DNA from: Candidatus Saccharimonadota bacterium
Lineage (GTDB): Bacteria > Patescibacteriota > Saccharimonadia > Saccharimonadales > UBA4665
NCBI GenBank assembly: GCA_002952755.1
Contig: CP025011.1
Span: 570,001-602,000, forward strand
Direction of reading: 5' to 3'
Length of the DNA: 32,000 nucleotides
Positions within the stretch are counted from its first letter, which is position 1; each line of letters starts with the position of its first letter. The translations under genes were made by a program, and so were the position numbers. Below, piece after piece: positions 16,378 through 24,479 of this stretch. A model generated the notes under the pieces. The model saw nothing but the letters and a program-made list of their open reading frames with translations, made no database searches and had not been told where the DNA came from.

Positions 16378-17061
16378 ATGCTAAAAACGGAGAATCAACC
16401 TATGCCACCCGCATTACGCAAACTACTCGAAGGCTCCCGCTTGAAGCACGCCCCAAAAGGACAAATTCTTTTATATGCGGGCGACCGCCCTACTGAGGTG
16501 CAGCTGATTAAAGAGGGAGTGGTGAAACTCAACAACATTGATGATCAAGGCAATGAAAAGATACTCCACTTGTTACGGGCCCCGATGATTGTTCCCCTCG
16601 CTTTCTTCTCTCGGCCGGAAATCGCTACCCGCTGGTATTACACGACGCTTACGAATTGCGAATTGTATGTACTACGGCGAGAGGAGTTGGAGCACCTTAT
16701 GGAGACGGACGCATGGACTATGCGCTTTCTCATCAACAATTTCTCTGAGGAAGTGCATGAAATACTGACAAGGCTCGATAGCCTGGGCAAGTCTGATAGT
16801 ACTTATAAGTTGCTTATTGCCCTGCGCTATCTAGTAGTTTGCTACGGCGTAAAGGGTCGGGGCGGTTGGTGGGAGATACCATTCTCGGTTAACCACCAGC
16901 TGCTTGCTGATATGATAGGCGTCTCTAGAGAGACGGTCTCGCTGGCCATGAAGATATTAAGCGACGACAAGATCGTACGTAATCCACGTCTCGCGCGACT
17001 ACAGATTAATTTTGATAACTTGAAAGATTACATAACGAGCCACAGTACGGCTGCGTCATAG
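16378..17061 (+). CDS. Crp/Fnr family transcriptional regulator
   Basis: An N-terminal cNMP-binding-like beta-roll (ILLYAGDRPTEVQLIKEGVVKL) and a C-terminal HTH (LADMIGVSRETVSLAMKILSDDKIV). The alternative start at ATG 16402 has a better SD (ACGGAGA). Confidence 0.8.
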   Translation: MLKTENQPMPPALRKLLEGSRLKHAPKGQILLYAGDRPTEVQLIKEGVVKLNNIDDQGNEKILHLLRAPMIVPLAFFSRPEIATRWYYTTLTNCELYVLRREELEHLMETDAWTMRFLINNFSEEVHEILTRLDSLGKSDSTYKLLIALRYLVVCYGVKGRGGWWEIPFSVNHQLLADMIGVSRETVSLAMKILSDDKIVRNPRLARLQINFDNLKDYITSHSTAAS

Positions 17062-17167
17062 TGTCTCTAGTTTTAGCGGTAACTACCGCATGCCGATTTT
17101 GTAGTATGGCGCACTCTTTCTACTGGCAGTGCTCTATCAGGTTAACAACGAGGAGCAGATCTAATAG

Positions 17168-17242
17168 GGCCATAAGGCTGCGATTATGGGCGGGTGGGGT
17201 ATTGGGTGAGCGACAGCTATCGCCTTCGCTCATGAGGGCGCC
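17168..17242 (+). pseudogene. Remnant of an SDR N-terminus (paralogous to 12935..13834) with in-frame TGA
   Basis: Translation GHKAAIMGGWGIG*ATAIAFAHEGA compares with [26 protein letters not shown] of the intact SDR. The stop at 17207..17209 replaces the Arg codon. No recognisable continuation follows. Confidence 0.5.
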
Positions 17243-17396
17243 ACCACTCCTTCCCATATCCTTCCCTTAAAGCCTTGCTGCTTTATTGACTCGACCGTAG
17301 TGAACCGCATATGTATATTTTCTGTATCCCACGCATCTTCCAGAAGCTTTCTCGTCGCTCGCTTGCAGTAGATCATATCGGCTTTGGTAGGACAGA

Positions 17397-18657
17397 TGTC
17401 AAGCTCCGGTTTTTCCGGACACCTTGTCTCTTTCCAGCGGAGCCGGGATGAGACTGGCAGCGTAAGCTGCCGGGCTCATCTTGAGAGCTAGGTGGATACG
17501 GTTGTGGTTGTAGTAATGTACCGTCAGGGCAATGGCTTCGTAAAGCTGGCCTAGGTCTTGGTACTGCGCTAGCTTGCACAGCTCGGGCTTGAAACTGCCA
17601 AAGAATCTCTCCATGAAGCCATTCTGCCACGGACTGGCTCGTTTGCTGCAACTGAGGGTAATCTCGAATTGGTCGCAGACCAATTGGTGCTTGTAGCTCA
17701 GGTATTCACTGCCTTGGTCACTGTGGAGAATGGTTGGAGCGGGATACTTGGCCAGTGCATCTTTTAGGGCAGCGAGCTAACGCTCGCTGCTGTGCCTGAG
17801 TCCTAACTTCCAGCCAACCACTTGCCTGGTCTTGAGGTCAAGCACGACCGCCAGGTAGTGCCAGCTCCGCTGGAACCACAAGTAGGTGAAGTCTTGTACC
17901 CAGCCTCCGGAGTCCGACATGGCAGCGTAGCTCATGCCATCTTGCGGTCTGCTTTCGTTGCGGTAGTGGGCGAAACGCTTGGGCACATTGGGTGCAGCCA
18001 GTATCTCGGCTGGTGCCGAGATACTGTAGCGTTTCTTCTTGGTTGGGCGGGCAATGGTGACGTTTGCAAGTGTCCGGATACGCCTTGCTTTGTGCTGACT
18101 CCAACCGAGGTGCAAGCTGAGCCGTCGGACACCGTACAGCGGATGCTGTACATGCGCTTCGCGCAGTGTGGCCACTGCTTGTTTGTCCCGCTCACGGAGT
18201 GTGAGCGGCTGCGCGTAGTAGCTACTACGCGCAATGCCAAGCTTGGCCACGAAATGTTTGTGCCATCCTGGGTTGACCTCTTCCAGGATGGCTAGTCTTT
18301 TGAGCGGTGCATTTCGGCCGTTGCTCGTCCGAGCAGCTTGTACAGCTGCTCGTTTTCTTTGCGAAGCTTGTTGAGCTCGAGCACAAGGTTGCGGTTGCCG
18401 TCGACGACGTTCTTCCGCAGCCAACGGTAGATGCTCTTGCTGCTGACGTTGTAGGTGGCACTCGCGTCAGTGACGCTCATGCCACCATCTCGGATCTTAG
18501 CCAAAATGGTTGTTTTGACCTACTGGTCGGTTGGTTTGCCTGTGGGCATACAGAAAAAGCTCCTTTCACTAGCAGCGCTGACGCGCTGCTAGTTTTATGT
18601 TACCAAATGAGTCAATTCCGGAAGAGACTACGTGTCTAGTTTAATGGGAGCCTGACA
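17397..18657 (-). mobile_element. IS3-family insertion sequence (1,261 bp), decayed
   Basis: Imperfect terminal IRs start with TGTCA and match at 27 of 38 hand-aligned positions. OrfA (HTH/leucine zipper) and orfB (rve DDE core) are in the -1 frame relationship, with a TCAAAAG slippery-like site near 18292. Visibly more GC-rich than its surroundings. Confidence 0.85.
17399..18549 (-). pseudogene. IS3 transposase orfAB, disrupted by two in-frame TAG codons
   Basis: OrfA reads MPTGKPTDQ*VKTTILAKIRDGGMSVTDA (TAG at 18520..18522). OrfB reads ...GLRHSSER*LAALKDALAKYPAPTILHSDQGSEY (TAG at 17777..17779) within the DDE domain. Confidence 0.8.
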
Positions 18658-18939
18658 CTAGTATTTGAGTATGTGCTCTCCATGTATGTTCAGTTGTCTG
18701 AAGCGACGTATGGCGTTGATGCCTAGGTAATAGACTGCCGGCTTGGTCTTCTCAGCAAAATGCGTTGAGTAGATCCACTCAACATACTGCTTTTCACGTA
18801 GGTCTTTCAGCCATAGGTTAGTGTTCTTGTAGTCCTTTTGATTCAGTAATGCCTGTATCTGTATACGATTTAAGAATCTATGTTCATACAAAAGATTGAT
18901 TATATTCCTTTGTCTCTCGGTTATTTTCGGTAAGTTCAT
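18658..18939 (-). pseudogene. Replication-relaxation-like winged-helix protein, 3'-truncated at the IS3 junction
   Basis: ITERQRNIINLLYEHRFLNRIQIQALL...LWLKDLREKQYVEW...KPAVYYLGINAIRRF resembles the N-terminal wHTH of the replication-relaxation family. The stop codon directly abuts the IS3 end (18657). Confidence 0.4.
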
Positions 18940-19117
18940 AGGGATAGGTAGATATTAAGTAAAAGTAATAGTTAGTAGTTTTTAGATTTTTATTTGCGTA
19001 TTGTTGTGAAGTTTTTCGTTTGTGTCAGCAGCTAGTAAGTAATTAGCCAACCCCACCTATCCGTATATTTATAATATAGATAACACGAGTATACAAACAT
19101 TAACAGATTAAATATAG

Positions 19118-19155
19118 GTGCATTTATACCCTAGCGCGCAAGGGTATAAATGCAC
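19118..19155. terminator. 15-bp perfect hairpin downstream of the transposase gene
   Basis: GTGCATTTATACCCT (19118..19132) pairs with AGGGTATAAATGCAC (19141..19155) around an 8-nt loop. A T-run follows on the + strand; the U-tract on the minus strand is weak. Confidence 0.55.
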
Positions 19156-19175
19156 ATTTTTCCAACATGGGTGAG

Positions 19176-20117
19176 TCAGGCTTTCTTAGTGAGCGTTTTA
19201 TAGGTTAAACGTTTCCCGTTAAAGTTCGCAAACCACTCCTCAAACCGTTCGCCGTCGTTCATCTCTCGCGTGTTCCAACGGTAGCTATACTCGTCGCAGT
19301 ATTTCTGTAAGTGCTTTGGGCTGACATGGTGGTAAATACCGTTAATGCCACGCTTGAGATGTGACCAAAACGATTCTGCTGTATTGGTGCTAGCCATGCC
19401 ATTTACAAACTCTTTAACGCCATGATTGACGCTTTCGTGTTTGTAGCCGATCTTAGGCAAAGTACGGTAAGGCATGTGCTCGTCAGTGTACACTGTAGCG
19501 TCAATATCAATGTGCTTGCGAACTAGGCCCATGAGAGTTGCGCTGCCGGTATCGCTTGTTACTACGGCATGGAGGCTACCGCCACGTTCTACCATACCGA
19601 CGACTGGAGTTTTACTATTCTTGCTGCCAAAGCCTTGAGCGCCTTTACCAGTGAGGTACTTGGTGCGCTTCGTGGCGTGTTTATTATTATCCTTGCCACC
19701 GATGTAGGCTTCGTCCATTTCTACAGCGTCTTTGAGTTTTTCAAAGGTGCCGCTCTCGAAGACGTAGCGAATGCGTTGGAGCATGAACCAACTTGTCTTT
19801 TGGGTGACGTTTAAGTATCTGGCAAGTTGGATTGATGAGATTCCTTTTTTTAGGCTTGTGCAAAGGTAGATAGCAAGGAGCCATTTCTGTAGCGGAATCA
19901 TACTGTCTTCAAAGATGGTGCCCATGCGGACAGTAAAGGGCTTGCGGCATTCCGCACATTTGAGGCGGCCACTGGCAAGTTTGTAAGCTTTGATGCCAAC
20001 AACGCCACACTTCGGGCAGATAATCTCATTGCCCCAACGCTGCTGTGCTATAAACTCTGCACACTTTGCTTCTGAGGCAAATTGATTGAAGAAGTCGATG
20101 AGATTACCCGCATTCAT
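19176..20117 (-). CDS. IS1595-family transposase (N-terminal zinc ribbon plus ISXO2-like DDE domain)
   Basis: CPKCG...KCAECRKPFTVRMGTIFEDSMIPLQKWLLAIYL, then VEMDEAYIGG, VYTDEHMPY, VNH and NTAESFWSHLKR. This is the characteristic IS1595 domain order. Confidence 0.9.
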   Translation of the reverse strand: MNAGNLIDFFNQFASEAKCAEFIAQQRWGNEIICPKCGVVGIKAYKLASGRLKCAECRKPFTVRMGTIFEDSMIPLQKWLLAIYLCTSLKKGISSIQLARYLNVTQKTSWFMLQRIRYVFESGTFEKLKDAVEMDEAYIGGKDNNKHATKRTKYLTGKGAQGFGSKNSKTPVVGMVERGGSLHAVVTSDTGSATLMGLVRKHIDIDATVYTDEHMPYRTLPKIGYKHESVNHGVKEFVNGMASTNTAESFWSHLKRGINGIYHHVSPKHLQKYCDEYSYRWNTREMNDGERFEEWFANFNGKRLTYKTLTKKA

Positions 20118-20138
20118 ACTCTTAGTTTACAGGAGTAG

Positions 20139-20165
20139 TTTGGTAACGTCAAGTATATAATTGCC
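20139..20165. repeat. Terminal inverted repeat IR-R
   Basis: Exact reverse complement of 10990..11016. It lies 21 nt from the transposase ATG. Confidence 0.9.
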
Positions 20166-20173
20166 TTAAAGAT
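20166..20173. repeat. Right copy of the 8-bp target-site duplication TTAAAGAT
   Basis: Identical to 10982..10989. It directly abuts the outer end of IR-R. Confidence 0.85.
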
Positions 20174-20240
20174 TAGAATGGTAAAGTTAATTTTGGCGAG
20201 GGCACTCTCCCCCACACGGCTCGCATAATCTGTTGACTTT

Positions 20241-20268
20241 TTTACATTTGAGAAGTGATCTCTATAGT
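20241..20268 (+). promoter_or_regulatory. Sigma70-like promoter TTTACA-16-TATAGT for YCII paralogue B
   Basis: Hexamers at 20241..20246 and 20263..20268, about 40 nt upstream of the ATG at 20308 (SD AAGGAAAAGGAAG). Confidence 0.35.
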
Positions 20269-20307
20269 TCACACTTGGTCATGTAGGTTTAAGGAAAAGG
20301 AAGAAAT

Positions 20308-20628
20308 ATGGCACAATATATATTAGTCTACAAATCTAATCAGGCTTTTGACTGGAGTCAATTGCCCAAAGAAGAAGTTACTAAAGTTATGGACGCTTGG
20401 GGCGCCTGGCTTGGCATGATGGGTCCCGCCGTTAAAGGTGGCGACGCATTTAAGTTCGGCGGAAAGAGTGTTACCGAGAATGGCGATAAAGAGGCCGACA
20501 ACCTGCTTACTGGCTTTGCCATTATTGAGGCCAAGGATTTTGATGAGGCGCTAAGTTTTGCCCATAAAGCTCCAAATGTCGTTTCAGGGCAAGGCAGCAT
20601 AGAAGTATATGAAGCGCTGATGATGTAG
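20308..20628 (+). CDS. YCII-related protein, paralogue B
   Basis: 106 aa. 67 of 107 hand-aligned positions are identical to 6860..7183, including GDAFKFGGKS and ADNLLTGF. Confidence 0.7.
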   Translation: MAQYILVYKSNQAFDWSQLPKEEVTKVMDAWGAWLGMMGPAVKGGDAFKFGGKSVTENGDKEADNLLTGFAIIEAKDFDEALSFAHKAPNVVSGQGSIEVYEALMM

Positions 20629-20655
20629 TCCGAGTGGACCATCCAGATAATACAA

Positions 20656-20690
20656 AGAAAAAGGATTGAGGAATCGTCAATCCTTTTTCT
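20656..20690. terminator. Bidirectional rho-independent terminator
   Basis: 14-bp perfect stem: AGAAAAAGGATTGA (20656..20669) pairs with TCAATCCTTTTTCT (20677..20690) around a 7-nt loop. A T-run follows. It lies between convergent genes. Confidence 0.75.
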
Positions 20691-20728
20691 TTTTTGCAGG
20701 GCATAAGTCCAGTTAAAGAACTTTTAGC

Positions 20729-21787
20729 TCACCAATTGTCACGTTCGGTGGTCGTACCTTTTTTGAATGAATAGCCAGAGTACAGCAATATCAGCATTGG
20801 CACGGTTGTGGCCGCCCCCACCAGGATACTGGATGATTGGCCGGAAAGCACGCCGATTCGGGGTAAGACACTACAATATATTACTGATGCCAAGCACGTA
20901 AAGATCATACATGTACGAAGTGTGCGCATTGACGTGGCATATCCGGTTGTGACTTTGGCGACGATGCCGTCCGCAAGCCGAAAGTTAAAGAACGATAGAA
21001 CGAGTATCATGCTGTCACTCGCTATTGCAAAGTCGAAGAATGCCGGTTCGGGGACGGTAGTATGAGGTTGTAGTATGGCGATGAGTCCAATACCGAGGAG
21101 CGCGAGTACTAGAGTGGGAAGTCGGATCCAGCGAGAGGTTATACCCACTAGCATTGCATAGCTGCGAAGCCCTAGATACATGAAGACAAATGAAATCGTC
21201 GCCAATAGATTAAACCCACCATACTTGAATAAGGGCTTATCGCCGATATGCAACAATTGAACCATCGTAAAATGCACAAACTCTATGCCAATCCAGACAA
21301 CACCGAGACATAAGTATAAAAATGCTTTACGGAACTCCATCTTGAAATTTTGCAGCGCAGACGCATAAAACCAAATCGTGCCCAAAGCTACAGTCAGCAA
21401 GAAAAGCGGAATAGCAAGCAACAGCCGTACTGACTTAGAGCTTACTATAAAGTTTATGCCCGCAATGCCAATACCCACAACAATTGTGCCATAAAATTGC
21501 ATGGCAAATTTGGACATTCTAGAATGGGTCTGTCCAAGGTTTTGTAGTCTTTGGTCTAGTGTTTGTGCGGTAAAATCTCTCAAAGGATCATCATTGATAA
21601 GGTAGCTTTTAAGGTCTTCAAGTAGTTGTTGTAATGAATCTCTGTCTTGTTTTTTTAATGGTGACGTCCGATCCCAGGAGACCGTTACTGAACGCAATCT
21701 GTCGAGCATTGGATCGATAACTGCAGATGATGAAGCTAATGATGCAAGATAGATAATCTGATCTATAAGCAGCCCATCTTTTTGCAT
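20729..21787 (-). CDS. Hypothetical polytopic membrane protein with about 95-aa soluble N-terminal domain
   Basis: 352 aa. About 8 hydrophobic helices follow a helical N-terminal region. No family recognised. Confidence 0.45.
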   Translation of the reverse strand: MQKDGLLIDQIIYLASLASSSAVIDPMLDRLRSVTVSWDRTSPLKKQDRDSLQQLLEDLKSYLINDDPLRDFTAQTLDQRLQNLGQTHSRMSKFAMQFYGTIVVGIGIAGINFIVSSKSVRLLLAIPLFLLTVALGTIWFYASALQNFKMEFRKAFLYLCLGVVWIGIEFVHFTMVQLLHIGDKPLFKYGGFNLLATISFVFMYLGLRSYAMLVGITSRWIRLPTLVLALLGIGLIAILQPHTTVPEPAFFDFAIASDSMILVLSFFNFRLADGIVAKVTTGYATSMRTLRTCMIFTCLASVIYCSVLPRIGVLSGQSSSILVGAATTVPMLILLYSGYSFKKGTTTERDNW

Positions 21788-21928
21788 AACCTTATATTAT
21801 TGCACGGTGCACCAAACGTAAAGTTTATGATTTTCATGATAGCAGTAAGCTACTAGAACTTTCAATATTTATTGAGAGATGTATAATTGTCTCTATACGA
21901 AAGCACAACCGTAATCAAGGGGCGAGAT

Positions 21929-22822
21929 ATGAACATGGCAATACGAATAAACAATCTAACGAAGCGATATGGTAGCTTCACGGCGCTAGACAATCTAAAT
22001 CTTGAGGTAAAAAAGGGAGAGATCTTTGGTTTTCTAGGGCCAAATGGCGCAGGTAAAACGACAACGATTCGTTTGCTGCTTGGCCTGATTCGGCCTACAG
22101 CCGGACTGGCGGCCATATTCGACCTGGATACTCAAAAGCAAAAAGAGGCAGCACACAAACTGGTTGCGTATGTACCCGGCGAAGCTAATCTATGGCCATT
22201 TCTGACTGGCGCTGAAACGCTGCATTTACTGGAAAAGGTGCATGGTAAAGTTGACGAAAAATACCGTGACGAATTAATAAAACGCTTTGCGCTTGACCCG
22301 AATAAAAAGGTGCGTGCTTACTCAAAAGGCAACAAGCAGAAAGTGAGCTTGATTGCCGCCCTTGCCTCACGGGCAGAACTACTCATACTTGACGAGCCGA
22401 CTTCGGGATTAGACCCGCTCATGGAACAGGCATTCCGGGACAGCATCAAAGAAGCGCAAAGTAACGGTCAAACCGTCTTCCTGTCATCGCATATATTAGG
22501 CGAAGTTGAGGTTTTATGTGATCGGGTTGCGGTGCTTAAATCTGGTAAATTGGTTGAATTAGGTACGCTTGCTGAAATGCGGCATCTGTCAGCGGTCACG
22601 ATTGAGGCGACATTTGCCGGAAAGCCGCCAACGGTTGATCACCTTGCGGGTGTCGGCAATGTCAAAGTACATAATCATCATCTGAGCTGCCAGGTAAACG
22701 GTCCGATTGATGAACTTTTGCGCGTTATTACTCCCGCCCGGCCTATAACTTTATTGAGTCGTGAGCCGTCATTAGAAGAGCTATTCTTGTCGCTGTACGG
22801 CGATGGTGGGGGCAGGAAGTAA
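21929..22822 (+). CDS. ABC transporter ATP-binding protein (ABC-2 / DrrA-like exporter type)
   Basis: Walker A (GPNGAGKTT), Q-loop, signature (YSKGNKQKVSL), Walker B (LLILDEPTSGLD) and H-loop (SSHIL). ATG at 21929 with AAGGGG as SD. Confidence 0.9.
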   Translation: MNMAIRINNLTKRYGSFTALDNLNLEVKKGEIFGFLGPNGAGKTTTIRLLLGLIRPTAGLAAIFDLDTQKQKEAAHKLVAYVPGEANLWPFLTGAETLHLLEKVHGKVDEKYRDELIKRFALDPNKKVRAYSKGNKQKVSLIAALASRAELLILDEPTSGLDPLMEQAFRDSIKEAQSNGQTVFLSSHILGEVEVLCDRVAVLKSGKLVELGTLAEMRHLSAVTIEATFAGKPPTVDHLAGVGNVKVHNHHLSCQVNGPIDELLRVITPARPITLLSREPSLEELFLSLYGDGGGRK

Positions 22823-24477
22823 TGGCTGCTACCACTTTGGTTATTGATAGTAAACTCGCTAGGGGTACGAAAAGTGTTATCCGCCGCTTTACGTTCAGGA
22901 GGGTACTACTAAGTGCCAGTCTCTTTGGCTTATTTACCGCTATAGAGAGCGTGGCGCAGAGTGCTGGCATCATTGCAGCCTATCCAGATGTAGCCCCACG
23001 GGCTAGGTTTATACATGGCTTAGCGAGTAATGGTGCTTTGGGGCTATTCTATGGCGATAGCCATGTCGACATCATCAGCGCAGGAGGCTACATGGACTAT
23101 CGCATTTTGCCCATACTCTCTTTGGTACTGGCAATTTGGAGCCTGATGTTCATTACTAAAATGCTACGAGGCCAAGAAGAGAACGGCCGCTGGGAACTGT
23201 TACTTACTGGCGATACGTCCGCAACCAGCGCCACTCGTGATACTGTTGTTGGCGCTGGAGGTGGGGTACTGTTCATTTTTTTGGTGGTGGCCACCGTACT
23301 CGGGTTGTCTAGCAAAAGTCCTAAGCTCTCATTTTCATTCAGCAGTTGCTTGCTGTATAGCTTGACAATAGTAGGGGGCGCGGCAATTAGTATCGGGATT
23401 GGCACTATAGCCAGCCAGTTGGCAGCAACCAGGCGACGCGCAAATTTGTATGGAATTGGGATATTACTGCTGTTTTTTATCCTACGAGGCATCGGCAACA
23501 CCATAGAAAGTCTTGCCTGGGTCAAAAACTTAACTCCGTTTGGCTGGATTGATAAGTTACACCCTTTCGTAGGTGCCTCACCCGTCTGGCTATTTCCAAC
23601 CGCACTGCTTACCTTAATTACCTGTAGCCTAGGAATCTGGCTGGCGGGTAAGCGAGATATAGGTGAAAGCTTTATCGCCGATTCAGATAGTGCGAAGCCG
23701 AATCTTAGACTGCTTCATTCGCAGCTCGGTTTTGGGGTACGCCAGACTCGTTCAGTACTAGGCGGCTGGCTGTTCACTAGTGTTGCACTATCGGCTTTAA
23801 TTGCCAGTATCGATAAGACGGTTGCTAAATCAATGAGTAGTACAAACGGTGTTACGAAAACCCTGAGCAATCTAACGGGTAACTCGGCCGCTCATATCCA
23901 GATAGCTTACCTTAGTGCGGCCAGCTACATCACCTTGATCATCCTCATGATGGTAGCCGCTACAGGCCTCGGCGCGGTACGGGAAGAAGAAGCTAGCAGC
24001 CGACTAGACAACTTTGTCAGCGGTACTATCAGCCGAAGCAGCTGGTTGAGCAAGCGTCTTTTACTGCTCGAGGGTAGCGTGCTGGCGATAACCTTGCTTT
24101 CTGGTCTAGCGGTCTGGCTACTGGCGGCGGGGCAGGGTATTCATACTAGCTTTGCGGCCGTAGTTTTAGGTGGCCTGAATATACTTGGGCCGATTGCATT
24201 TCTACTTGGCCTCGGTACTTTATTGTATGGCACTATGCCACGTTTGGCAGTTATTGCTATGTATGTTGTAGCGGCTTGGTCATTTACGATTGATCTCATT
24301 GCCTCGGCCGGTACTATTAATAAATACCTTGCAGATACCTCGCTGTTGCACCATGTCGCTCTTGTACCTGCCGCCGCTCCACACTGGGAGTCGTTTATCC
24401 TCTTAACGCTCACGGGGCTGGCCTTTACGGCTTTGGGTGTGCTAGGCTTTCAGCGGCGGGATCTAGAGGCGGAGTAA
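22822..24477 (+). CDS. ABC-2-type exporter permease (large, about 12 TM)
   Basis: The start overlaps the ATPase stop (TAATG). 551 aa with many TM helices in two halves, resembling the large fused permeases of drug or polyketide exporter systems. Confidence 0.65.
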   Translation: MAATTLVIDSKLARGTKSVIRRFTFRRVLLSASLFGLFTAIESVAQSAGIIAAYPDVAPRARFIHGLASNGALGLFYGDSHVDIISAGGYMDYRILPILSLVLAIWSLMFITKMLRGQEENGRWELLLTGDTSATSATRDTVVGAGGGVLFIFLVVATVLGLSSKSPKLSFSFSSCLLYSLTIVGGAAISIGIGTIASQLAATRRRANLYGIGILLLFFILRGIGNTIESLAWVKNLTPFGWIDKLHPFVGASPVWLFPTALLTLITCSLGIWLAGKRDIGESFIADSDSAKPNLRLLHSQLGFGVRQTRSVLGGWLFTSVALSALIASIDKTVAKSMSSTNGVTKTLSNLTGNSAAHIQIAYLSAASYITLIILMMVAATGLGAVREEEASSRLDNFVSGTISRSSWLSKRLLLLEGSVLAITLLSGLAVWLLAAGQGIHTSFAAVVLGGLNILGPIAFLLGLGTLLYGTMPRLAVIAMYVVAAWSFTIDLIASAGTINKYLADTSLLHHVALVPAAAPHWESFILLTLTGLAFTALGVLGFQRRDLEAE

Positions 24478-24479
24478 TT

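Larger units (their letters stand above)
10990..20165 (-). mobile_element. IS1595-family cargo transposon (9,176 bp) bounded by perfect 27-bp IRs and an 8-bp TSD
   Basis: The IRs are at 10990..11016 and 20139..20165 (exact reverse complements). The TSD TTAAAGAT is on both flanks. A single IS1595-type transposase sits at the right end. No IR-like sequence is found next to the transposase stop. Confidence 0.8.

Noticed and set aside
17061-17270. Listed 69-aa + strand ORF after the crp/fnr-like gene
   Set aside because: It has no SD and no domain. A different frame of the same DNA carries the SDR Rossmann-motif relic, which explains the region better.
17777-18522. In-frame TAG codons in IS3 orfA and orfB (and one in the HIT relic) as a hint of TAG reassignment or suppression
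   Set aside because: TAG terminates well-supported genes here (for example 138..896 and the 56-aa gene). The HIT relic also carries TAA and TGA stops in the same frame. Ordinary pseudogene decay explains all cases.
17822-18639. Multiple overlapping ORFs on both strands inside the IS3 element (17822..18295, 17838..18104, 17932..18240, 18225..18461, 18307..18639)
   Set aside because: These are alternative-frame ORFs typical of GC-rich DNA. Only the orfA and orfB frames show transposase motifs.
18940-19110. AT-rich region with short AGTAA/TAGT-type repeats as possible iterons or a CRISPR leader
   Set aside because: The repeats are very short, irregularly spaced and degenerate. There is no repeat-spacer periodicity and no cas genes. 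This is most simply the promoter region of the truncated wHTH gene.
18940-20165. Interpretation as an ordinary ~1-kb IS1595 element plus an unrelated distant IR
   Set aside because: No sequence resembling the 27-bp IR is present between 18940 and 19175. The identical 8-bp duplication flanks the distant IR pair, which argues that the 9.2-kb unit transposed as one piece.
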